NCBI GenBank assembly: GCA_040954595.2
Contig: CM082585.2
Location: forward strand, 386,814-450,813
Reading direction: 5' to 3'
DNA: 64,000 nt
Source: Balanoglossus misakiensis
Lineage: Eukaryota > Animalia > Hemichordata
Shown here piece after piece: positions 45,001 through 56,540 of this stretch (position 1 is its first letter; the number at the start of each line of letters is the position of its first letter). The position numbers and the translations under genes were made by a program. The notes beneath the pieces are model-generated. The model was not told the DNA's origin and made no database searches. It was given only the letters and a program-made list of their open reading frames with translations.

Positions 45001-48000
45001 GCTATATTAATCTATCCCTTACAACATTCCGACATAACTCTTTCCATATTTGTTTTCATTCTGTGACTGTTCCACTTAAATCTTGTAGAGAATTTGGTAT
45101 TTCAACACAAATTCTTGAACCTATACATAAGTCTTTTTAGTAAAACATATCCAGTTACGTGACCATTCTTTGAATTCCATTTATGATGTAAGAAATTAAA
45201 TTTTATGCAATATTATTCTATCCCTTACAACATTTCAGCATAACTCTTTCCATATTTGTTTTCATTCTGTGACTGTTCCACTTAAATCTTGTACAGAATT
45301 TGGTATTTCAACACAAATTCTTGAACCTTTACATAAGTCTTTTTAGTAAAACATATCCAGTTATGTGACCATTCTTTGAATTCCATTTATGATGTAAGAA
45401 ATTAAATTTTATGCAATATTATTCTATCCCTTACAACATTCCAGCATAACTCTTTCCATATTTGTTTTCATTCTGTGACTATTCCACTTAAATCTTGTTG
45501 AGAATTCGTTATTCCAAAACAAAGCCTTCAAACTATACATATTAAGTCTTTTTAGTAAAGCATGGCCTGTTATGTGACCATTCTTTGAATTCTATTTATG
45601 ATGTAAGAAATTTATTTTTTTGCAATATTAATCTATCCCTTACAACATTCCAGCATAACTATTTCAATATTTGTTTTCATTCTGTAACTGTTCCACTTAA
45701 ATCTTGGAGAGAATTCGGAATTTCAACACAAACCCTTGAAACTATACAGAAGTTTTTTAGTAAAACATGGCCCGTTATGTGACATTTCTTTGAATTCCAT
45801 TTATGATGTAAGAAATTAAATTATTTGCAATATTAATCTATCCCTTACAACATTCCGGCATAACTCTTTCCATATTTGTTTTCATTCTGTGACTGTTCCA
45901 CTTAAATCTTGTAGAGAATTCGTTATTCCAAAACAAAGCCTTGAAAATATACATATCCTGTTATGTGACCTTTCTTTGAATACCATTTATGATGTAAGAA
46001 ATTACATTATTTGCAATATTAATCTATCCCTTACAACATTCCAGCAAAACTCTTTCCATATTTGTTTTCATTTTGTGACTGTTGCACTTAATTCTTGTAG
46101 TGAATTCGTTATTCCAAAGCAAAGCCTTGAAACTATACATATCCTGTTACGTGACCTTTCTTTGAATACCATTTATGATGTAACAAATTACATTATTTGC
46201 AATATTAATCTATCCCTTACAACATCTCAGCATAACTCTTTCCATATTTGTTTTCATATCCTGTTACGTGACCTTTCTTTGAATACCATTTATGATGTAA
46301 GAAATTACATTATTTGCAATATTAATCTATCCCATACAACATTCCACCATAACTCTTTCCATATTTGTTTTCATTCTGTGACTGTTCCACTTAAATCTTG
46401 TAGAGAATTCGTTATTCCAAAACAAAGCCTTGAAACTATACATATCCTCCTATGTGACCTTTCTTTGAATACCATTTATGATGTAAGAAATTACATTATT
46501 TGCAATATTAATCTATCCCTTACAACATTCCAGCATAACTCTTTCCATATTTGTTTTCATTCTGTGTGACTGCTCCACTTAAATCTTGTAGAGAATTCGT
46601 TATTCCAAAACAAAGCATTGAAACTATACATATCCTCTTATATGACCTTTCTTTGAATACCATTTATGATGTAACAAATTACATTATTTGTAATATTAAT
46701 CTATCCCTTACAACATCTCAGCATAACTCTTTCCATATTTGTTTTCATTCTGTGACTGTTCCACTTAAATCTTGGAAAGAATTTGGTGTTTCAACACAAA
46801 GCCTTGAAACTATACATATCCTGTTACGTGACCTTTCTTTGAATTCCATTTATGATGTAAGAAATTAAATTCTTTGCAATATTAATCTATCCCTTACAAC
46901 ATTCCAGCATAACTCTTTCCATATTTGTTTTAATTCTGTGACTGTTCCACTTAAATCTTGGAGAGAATTCGGTATTTCAACACAAACCCCTGAAACTATA
47001 CATAAGTCTTTTTAGTAAAGCATGGCCTGTTATGTGACCATTCTTTGAATTCTATTTATGATGTAAGAAATTAATTTTTTTGCAATATTAATCTATCCCT
47101 TACAACATTCCAGCATAACTATGTCAATATTTGTTTTCATTCTGTAACTGTTCCACTTAAATCTTGGAGAGAATTCGGAATTTCAACACAAACCCTTGAA
47201 ACTATACAGAAGTTTTTTAGTAAAACATGGCCCGTTATGTGACCATTCTTTGAATTCCATTTATGATGTAAGAAATTAAATTATTTGCAATATTAATCTA
47301 TTCCTTACAACATTCCGGCATAACTCTTTCCATATTTGTTTTCATTCTGTGACTGTTCCACTTAAATCTTGTAGAGAATTCATTATTCCAAAACAAAGCC
47401 TTGAAAATATACATATCCTCTTATATGACCTTTCTTTGAATTCTATTTATGATGTAAGAAATTAAATTATTTGCAATATTAATCTATCCCTTACAACATT
47501 CCAGCATAACTCTTTCCATATTTGCTTTCATTCTGTGACTGTTCCACTTAAATCTTGTAGTGAATTCAGTATTTCAACACAAACCCTTGAAACTATACAT
47601 AAGTCTTTTTAGTAAAGCATGGCCTGTTATGTGACCATTCTTTGAGTTCTATTTATGATGTAAGAAATTTATTTTTTTGCAATATTAATCTATCCCTTAC
47701 AACATTCCAGCAAAACTCTTTCCATATTTGTTTTCATTTTGTGACTGTTGCACTTAATTCTTGTAGTGAATTCATTATTCCAAAACAAAGCCTTGAAACT
47801 ATACATATCCTGTTACGTGACCTTTCTTTGAATACCATTTATGATGTAACAAATTACATTATTGCAATATTAATTTATCCCTTACAACATCTCAGCATAA
47901 CTCTTTCCATATTTGTTTTCATTTTGTGACTGTTCCACTTAAATCTTGGAAGGAATTCGGTATTTCAAGACAAACCCTTGAAACTATACATAAGTCTTTT

Positions 48001-51000
48001 TAGTAAAGCATGGCCTGTTATGTGACCATTCTTTGAATTCTATTTATGATGTAAGAAATTTATTTTTTTGCAATATTAATCTATCCCTTACAACATTCCA
48101 GCATAACTATTTCAATATTTGTTTTCATTCTGTTACTGTTCCACTTAAATCTTGGAGAGAATTCGGAATTTCAACACAAACCCTTGAAACTATACAGAAG
48201 TTTTTTAGTAAAACATGGCCCGTTATGTGACCATTCTTTGAATTCCATTTATGATGTTAAAAATTAAATTATTTTCAATATTAATCTATCCCTTACAACA
48301 TTCCGGCATAACTCTTTCCATATTTGTTTTCATTCTGTGACTGTTCCACTTAAATCTTGTAGAGAATTCGTTATTCCAAAACAAAGCCTTGAAAATATAC
48401 ATATCCTGTTATGTGACCTTTCTTTGAATACCATTTATGATGTAAGAAATTACATTATTTGCAATATTAATCTATCCCTTACAACATTCCAGCAAAACTC
48501 TTTCCATATTTGTTTTCATTTTGTGACTGTTGCACTTAATTCTTGTAGTGAATTCGTTATTCCAAACCAAAGCCTTGAAACTATACATATCCTGTTACGT
48601 GACCTTTCTTTGAATACTATTTATGATGTAACAAATTACATTATTTGCAATATTAATCCATCCCTTACAACATCTCAGCATAACTCTTTCCATATTTGTT
48701 TTCATATCCTGTTACGTGACCTTTCTTTGAATACCATTTATGATGTAAGAAATTACATTATTTGCAATATTAATCTATCCCATACAACATTCCAGCATAA
48801 CTCTTTCCATATTTGTTTTCATTCTGTGACTGTTCCACTTAAATCTTGTAGAGAATTCGTTATTCCAAAACAAAGCCTTGAAACTATACATATCCTGTTA
48901 TGTGACCTTTCTTTGAATACCATTTATGATGTAAGAAATTACATTATTTGCAATATTAATCTATCCCTTACAACATTCCAGCAAAACTCTTTCCATATTT
49001 GTTTTCATTTTGTGACTGTTGCACTTAATTCTTGTAGTGAATTCGTTATTCCAAAACAAAGCCTTAAAACTATACATATCCTGTTACGTGACCTTTCTTT
49101 GAATACCATTTATGATGTAACAAATTACATTATTTGCAATATTAATCTATCCCTTACAACATTCCAGCATAACTCTTTCCATATTTGCTTTCATTCTGTG
49201 ACTGTTCCACTTAAATCTTGTAGTGAATTCAGTATTTCAACACAAACCCTTGAAACTATACATAAGTCTTTTTAGTAAAGCATGGCCTGTTATGTGACCA
49301 TTCTTTGAATTCTATTTATGATGTAAGAAATTTATTTTTTTGCAATATTAATCTATCCCTTACAACATTCCAGCATAACTATGTCAATATTTGTTTTCAT
49401 TCTGTAACTGTTCCACTTAAATCTTGGAGAGAATTCGGAATTTCAACACAAACCCTTGAAACTATACAGAAGTTTTTTAGTAAAACATGGCCCGTTATGT
49501 GACCATTCTTTGAATTCCATTTATTATGTAAGAAATTAAATTATTTGCAATATTAATCTATCCCTTACAACATTCCGGCATAACTCTTTCCATATTTGTT
49601 TTCATTCTGTGACTGTTCCACTTAAATCTTGTAGAGAATTCATTATTCCAAAACAAAGCCTTGAAAATATACATATCCTCTTATATGACCTTTCTTTGAA
49701 TTCTATTTATGATGTAAGAAATTAAATTATTTGCAATATTAATCTATCCCTTACAACATTCCAGCATAACTCTTTCCATATTTGCTTTCATTCTGTGACT
49801 GTTCCACTTAAATCTTGTAGTGAATTCAGTATTTCAACACAAACCCTTGAAACTATACATAAGTCTTTTTAGTAAAGCATGGCCTGTTATGTGACCATTC
49901 TTTGAATTCTATTTATGATGTAAGAAATTTATTTTTTTGCAATATTAATCTATCCCTTACAACATTCCAGCAAAACTCTTTCCATATTTGTTTTCATTTT
50001 GTGACTGTTGCACTTAATTCTTGTAGTGAATTCATTATTCCAAAACAAAGCCTTGAAACTATACATATCCTGTTACGTGACATTTCTTTGAATACCATTT
50101 ATGATGTAACAAATTACATTATTGCAATATTAATTTATCCCTTACAACATCTCAGCATAACTCTTTCCATATTTGTTTTCATTTTGTGACTGTTCCACTT
50201 AAATCTTGGAAAGAATTCGGTATTTCAACACAACCCTTGAAACTATACATAAGTCTTTTTAGTAAAGCATGGCCTGTTATGTGACCATTCTTTGAATTCT
50301 ATTTATGATGTAAGAAATTTATTTTTTTGCAATATTAATCTATCCCTTACAACATTCCAGCATAACTATTTCAATATTTGTTTTCATTCTGTAACTGTTC
50401 CACTTAAATCTTGGAGAGAATTCGGAATTTCAACACAAACCCTTGAAACTATACAGAAGTTTTTTTAGTAAAACATGGCCCGTTATGTGACCATTCTTTG
50501 AATTCCTTTTATGATGTTAAAAATTAAATTATTTTCAATATTAATCTATCCCGTACAACATTCCGGCATAACTCTTTCCATATTTGTTTTCATTCTGTGA
50601 CTGTTCCACTTAAATCTTGTAGAGAATTCGTTATTCCAAAACAAAGCCTTGAAAATATACATATCCTGTTATGTGACCTTTCTTTGAATACCATTTATGA
50701 TGTAAGAAATTACATTATTTGCAATATTAATCTATCCCTTACAACATTCCAGCAAAACTCTTTCCATATTTGTTTTCATTTTGTGACTGTTGCACTTAAT
50801 TCTTGTAGTGAATTCGTTATTCCAAAACAAAGCCTTGAAACTATACATATCCTGTTACGTGACCTTTCTTTGAATACTATTTATGATGTAACAAATTACA
50901 TTATTTGCAATATTAATCTATCCCTTACAACATCTCAGCATAACTCTTTCCATATTTGTTTTCATATCCTGTTACGTGACCTTTCTTTGAATACCATTTA

Positions 51001-52720
51001 TGATGTAAGAAATTACATTATTTGCAATATTAATCTATCCCATACAACATTCCAGCATAACTCTTTCCATATTTGTTTTCATTCTGTGACTGTTCCACTT
51101 AAATCTTGTAGAGAATTCGTTATTCCAAAACAAAGCCTTGAAACTATACATATCCTGTTATGTGACCTTTCTTTGAATACCATTTATGATGTAAGAAATT
51201 ACATTATTTGCAATATTAATCTATCCCTTACAACATTCCAGCAAAACTCTTTCCATATTTGTTTTCATTTTGTGACTGTTGCACTTAATTCTTGTAGTGA
51301 ATTCGTTATTCCAAAACAAAGCCTTGAAACTATACATATCCTGTTACGTGACCTTTCTTTGAATACCATTTATGATGTAACAAATTACATTATTTGCAAT
51401 ATTAATCTATCCCTTACAACATCTCAGCATAACTCTTTCCATATTTGTTTTCATTTTGTGACTGTTCCACTTAAATCTTGGAAAGAATTTGGTATTTCAA
51501 CACAAAGCCTTGAAACTATACATATCCTGTTACGTGACCTTTCTTTGAATACCATTTATGATGTAAGAAATTACATTATTTGCAATATTAATCTATCCCA
51601 TACAACATTCCAGCATAACTCTTTCCATATTTGTTTTCTTTCTGTGACTGTTCCACTTAAATCTTGTAGAGAATTCGTTATTCTAAAACAAAGCCTTGAA
51701 ACTATACATATCCTCCCATGTGACCTTTCTTTGAATACCATTTATGATGTAAGAAATTACATTATTTGCAATATTAATCTATCCTTACAACATTCCGGCA
51801 TAACTCTTTCCATATTTGTTTTCATTCTGTGACTGTTCCACTTAATGTAGAGAATTCGTTATTCCAAAACAAAGCCTTGAAACTATACATATCCTCTTAT
51901 ATGACCTTTCTTTGAATTCTATTTATGATGTAAGAAATTAAATTATTTGCAATATTAATCTATCCCTTACAACATTCCAGCATAACTCTTTCCATATTTG
52001 CTTTCATTCTGTGACTGTTCCACTTACATCTTGTAGTGAATTCAGTATTTCAACACAAACCCTTGAAACTATACATAAGTCTTTTTAGTAAAACATATCC
52101 TGTTATGTGACCATTCTTTGAATTCCATTTATGATGTAAGAAATTAAATTATGTGCAATATTAGTCTATCCTTTACAACATTCCGGCATAACTCTTTCCA
52201 TATTTGTTTTTATTCTGTGACTTAAATCTTGGAGAGAATTTGTTATTCCAAAACAAAGCCTTGAAAATATACATGACTTTTTTTGTATAACATATCCTGT
52301 TACGTGACCTTTCTTTGAATACCATTTATGATGTAAGAAATTACATTATTTGCAATATTAATCTATCCCTTACAACATTCCAGCATAACTCTTTCCATAT
52401 TTGCTTTCATTCTGTGACTGTTCCACTTAAATCTTGTAGTGAATTCAGTATTTCAACACAAACCCTTGAAATTATACATAAGTCTTTTTAGTAAAACATC
52501 CTGTTATGTGACCATTCTTTGAATACCATTTATGATATAAGAAATTACATTATTTGCAATATTAATCTATCCCTTACAACATTCCAGCATAACTCTTTCC
52601 ATATTTGTTTTCATTCTGTGTGACTGTTCCACTTAAATCTTGTAGAGAATTCGTTATTCCAAAACAAAGCCTTGAAACTATACATATCCTGTTACGTGAC
52701 CTTGCTTTGAATACCATTTA
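1..52720. repeat. AT-rich tandem satellite array (~206/186 bp monomers, higher-order structure; centromeric/pericentromeric-like); open at the window's left edge
   Basis: Head-to-tail repeats: tattccactt at 1 recurs as tgttcaactt at 207 (206 bp). Short monomers lack 20 bp (aagtctttttagtaaaacat), giving 186 bp; 205, 207 and 209 bp variants also occur. Most monomers carry one or two GAATTC sites. All copies are in the same orientation and I saw no foreign insertion. A centromeric role is inference only. Confidence 0.98.
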
Positions 52721-53872
52721 GGGACCGTTCAGTTTTTACGGCAGGGGGGGGGGTGGCAAGTTTGAGTCATCGGTTCTCAAAATCAGGCCAACCAACCCCC
52801 CCCCCCCCCCGTCACCCAGGACCAAAAAATGATGACCCCCCTTTGACAGACCCAAAAATATGATGAACCCCCCCCCACGCCCAAAATATTCGCCGTTCTG
52901 ATCCTATGTACACTGTATGCAATAAAGGGAATGAGGCTCCTCACACCTCAATTATATATTTCTTAAAGTATTATTGAAGTATATAATAGTATATCGTTGC
53001 AATAAAGAAATCTATGAACAAAAGAAAATGACAAGTCAATACAATAGTTGCTAGAATCGGTAAAACAAGAAAAGTGGTGGGGGTGGGCGTAAGAAAATTT
53101 TGTAAAATACGGTGCTCAAAGTTGCAATTTAATGAACTCAAAAGCAAATTAACTCAATGTTAGGGAGGACAAATTTTAATTTTGCCACTCCACTCAAAGT
53201 AAGCATCGAGGTGGGGTGGCAAGAAGTCTTCCCTGGTACACTAGACAAACCAGTGAATAAATGCAATGTGGCCTTGAATGGAGGGGTGGGTGTGGGAGGG
53301 GGTGTCCCCCTCCCACATAAGAAAATTTTGTAAAATATGTAGCGCAAAGTTGCATTTTAATGAACTTAAAAGCAAATTATCTCAATGTTTGGGAGGATTT
53401 TACTTTTTGCCACTCCACTCAAAGTTAGAAGATTTGGCGTCATCTTGTCATGACATCATTTATAAAACTTCTAGTATATAGAAGATGCAGCGCGAAACTA
53501 TCAGTTATGCAAAATGGTTTAAACAATTATTCTCCTTTATGTATTCACTTTGTTAAATATTATCATCGGTGGGGTTGGGGTGGCAAGCACTCTGCCCTGG
53601 TACACTAGACAAACCAGCAAAAAATGAAATGTGGCGGAGAATGAACGGGGTGGGTGTCCCCCTCCCACATTAGAAAATTTTGTAAAATAAAGGGTGCGAA
53701 ACTGCAATTTTGTGGACTCAAAAGCAAAAGTTCGGTGGCAAAAGTATGTGACCCCCCCCTAAACGTTTAAAAAATCCAGATGACCCCCCCTTGTGGACTT
53801 CAAAATTTAAGTGACCCCCCCCCTGGATTTTGCCGCCCCCCCCCTCCCCGGCCGTAAAAACTGAACGGTCCC
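52721..53872. mobile_element. Non-autonomous PIF/Harbinger (Tourist-like) DNA transposon, 1152 bp
   Basis: Perfect 22 bp TIRs: gggaccgttcagtttttacggc (52721-52742) and gccgtaaaaactgaacggtccc (53851-53872), extending imperfectly through G/C tracts. Flanked by tta (52718-52720) and tta (53873-53875). A TWA target duplication with GGG-starting TIRs is characteristic of PIF/Harbinger. No transposase ORF. Confidence 0.88.
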
Positions 53873-53959
53873 TTAGCTGGTGTCATCTGACAGATGCATC
53901 CTCACTCACACAATCTAGGTACGTCAACACACAAAAATATAAATATGTTTTACCAATGG

Positions 53960-53981
53960 CACTCCACTCCACTCCACTCCA
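53960..53981. repeat. (CACTC)4 microsatellite
   Basis: cactccactccactccactcca read directly from the sequence. Confidence 0.8.
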
Positions 53982-54131
53982 GGTAAGAGGTTAGAGGGCA
54001 GGAGACCATTTGCCTGACATCATATGGCTATCTGGGTTTAACTATAACATTGTCCGAGACGTGCCGCTGGAGGACAATACCGAAGCATACGATGTACTAG
54101 GACATGAATCCCAGTATTTTGTGAATAACAG

Positions 54132-54674
54132 TAGAGAGGTTTAGTTACACGTAAATACGTTCGATCAGCACGTGTAGCGTCGTTGTCATGTGATAAAGAT
54201 ACATTGCGTATGTGTAGAGCAGACGTTCGGTACGGCAAGCGACGCTTCTACGCGTAATCATGATTTTTCGATATTCTCTCTCTAATTTGAGGGATTGATC
54301 TCTGAAAGTGCAATTGTGATGTAGCCAGCATCCATGTAATCTGAAAGATTTCTGCCATATGTGCTAAAACCGGCAGTATTTGGCGTTTTAAAAACATGAA
54401 CACAAAATTTATTCCCATGATAAGTTTTCAGTGGACGCCTCGATTAAGACATCGGAAAACTTTACTAAAGTATATTTCCACTGCAGTCAAGAAACCTATT
54501 GCAAGGGTGGTGATCTTAGAGAATATTCATAACACACAAAATTTTAAGTGAAAAAAATTTGAATTTTCTATTAATACTCAAAACGGACAACTAAACTGCA
54601 AAACACCTATGCGAATGCCACTGCTGCCATCAGACGTACGCATATTTACGTGTAAGTGTAACTAAACCTCTCTA
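54132..54674. mobile_element. MITE, ~540 bp; superfamily uncertain (Harbinger/ISL2EU-like possible)
   Basis: Perfect 19 bp inverted repeat tagagaggtttagttacac (54132-54150) / gtgtaactaaacctctcta (54656-54674). It continues inward as ttacacgtaaatacg / catatttacgtgtaa once a 6 bp duplication (gtgtaa x2) in the right arm is allowed for. The interior is CpG-richer than the flanks and has no credible coding sequence. Confidence 0.75.
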
Positions 54675-54912
54675 TTGGCAAATAAGCTGAAATTGTTCTA
54701 GTGGCCCATATTTATTCAAAGGAAAGAACATTTCTAAGTTCACAAATGAGCACAAAGGACTGTGAACGAGACTGCAGACAGTCCCAATGAAGACATGACT
54801 TAGTCCCAATTTGCAAGCTGAGAAGCAACTGACTTCTGCATGGGTAACTTAGCTCTGGGGATGTCCTGTGTGATTTCAAGCAATTGATGACGAAATTTAA
54901 CACAGTTTTATA

Positions 54913-56540
54913 TGGCAAGCCAAGTGTTGCAAAATTCAATAAAACCATTTGTGTGTCCATGAAAACCATGTTTGTGTTCATAAAAAAGCATGTTTGTGTT
55001 CATAAAAAAACATGTTTGTGTCAAAAACGAATAGTACATTTTTGTGTTCATGAACACCATTTGTCACAAGATGGCGCTCTGCAATGCCCTTTGCCTATAA
55101 TGCATAGTGGTGGCGGGGCCCCTTTAGGAAGGGGTCACATGGACCCCAACATCCTGAGGACTGTGTCTGTATCATAAAGAAAACATGGCTTATGATTTGA
55201 AATGTTACCAATCCTTTCTTAAAGTTAACCATGTATATTCTGTGTCCACTCATTGGATAAACAAAATTTGAGATTGACTTCAAGGGGATACCAGTTAGAT
55301 CACACTTCCAAGCAATGGGTATAGGGCTTTGTTGTATCAGTGACATGGCTAGGCGTTGGCAAAGTGGACAATATAAGGGTACATATTACTAAGAATGCTG
55401 AGTAATTACAGAGGTACACTTACATAAAATGTAGCAAAAAACATGAAAACTGTAATTATAAATAACCCTCTGTACAGTAGCATGGTCTGAATGTTATCTA
55501 TTATTAATACATGTACATATTTAGCCCCATAGCCCCATGCAATGATGGGGATAGGGGACTTTTGGAGAGAAAAATGCTGGCAGATGGTATAGAGGAAAAC
55601 AATTTCTGCAATATTAATGACTTGAGAAAAATATGTTCAAACACAGGTTGTAAAACAAAAGAAGTGAAGGAGTGGGTGTGGGAAGGGGTGTACAATACGG
55701 AGCTCAAAGTTGTATTTTAAGGAACTCAAAAACAAATCAACTCAATGTTAGAATCCGTGGGGGTGCGGTGGCAAGTACTCTGCCCTGGTACGCTGGATAA
55801 CCCAGCTAATAAATGAAATGTGGTGGAGAATGAAGGAGGAGGGTATAGAAAAATCTGTAAAATAAAGGGCTCGAAACTGCATTATTGTGGACTCAAAACC
55901 AAAGGGGGCAAAAGCATGTGACCCCCAAACGTTTAAAAAAAACATGAGCCCCCACCCTATTGGATGTCAAAATTTATGTGACCCCGCTAGGATTTTGCTG
56001 ACCCCCCCCCTAAAAACTATACGGTCCCTAAGCACAGGCTCTGCTGTAGTCAGAGATGCATGTGGCCATAAGCACAGGCTTGTATAAATAATATATCAAT
56101 TGCACCAGGAAATTGGCTTAGTAGAGTGGTTTGGCACAGTAACCCACCTTGCTGCACTTATGTAGCCCAACAACTCCCCTTGACAACAATTTCTATAAAC
56201 CAGCATTTTTACTCTAGCCACTATAAACGATCCTGAATGTTTACTCAAATGCCTTATCCAATTTCGGACAACTCTCAGTTTTGGCTACAAAACAAATGTT
56301 TCCTGCTTAAAGATGAATGCAATTGATCAACCTCTAAATAAAATGTGTGACATTTTTCAACAATAAAACGTATCTGAATCCAAAGGCAAATCCCACTCAG
56401 CATCGTCTGCTTGAAATATTGCAGAGCGCCATCTAGTGTTGAAAAAGTGTATCAACATAAACATGGTTTTATTGAACACAAACATGGTCTTCATGAACAC
56501 AAAAATGGTTTTATTGAAATTTGCAACACTTGGCTTGCCA
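54913..56540. mobile_element. Non-autonomous long-TIR (foldback-like) DNA element with tandem 20 bp subterminal repeats
   Basis: 54911-55085 (tatggcaagccaagtgttgcaaaattcaataaaaccatt...agatggcgctctgcaat) is the reverse complement of 56418-56542. The arms contain differing numbers of an aaaaccatgtttgtgttcat-type unit. TA lies on both sides (54911-12, 56541-42). An imperfect gtttta/gttttg 6 bp duplication is an alternative reading of the ends. Confidence 0.72.
55650..56028 (+). mobile_element. 5'-truncated, diverged relative of the Harbinger element at 52721-53872
   Basis: Shares gtggcaagtactctgccctggtac, cgaaactgca...tgtggactcaaaa and tgtgacccc...aaacgtttaaaaaa with the full copy. Ends in a degenerate right TIR taaaaactatacggtccc followed by taa. 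No left TIR found; the left boundary is approximate. Confidence 0.8.

Noticed and set aside
34548-51832. ORF-track entries inside the satellite as real CDS
   Set aside because: They are translations of monomers that lost a stop by point change. The + strand ORFs start at GTG/TTG and there is no gene context. Kept only as a low-probability finding.
1-52720. CRISPR array or repeat-spacer system
   Set aside because: Whole monomers are repeated with no unique spacers, no cas genes are present and the context is eukaryotic.
55522-55560. Imperfect hairpin ccccatagccccat...atggggatagggg as the left end of the truncated Harbinger copy
   Set aside because: It does not match the gggaccgttcag TIR and is too short and imperfect to call.
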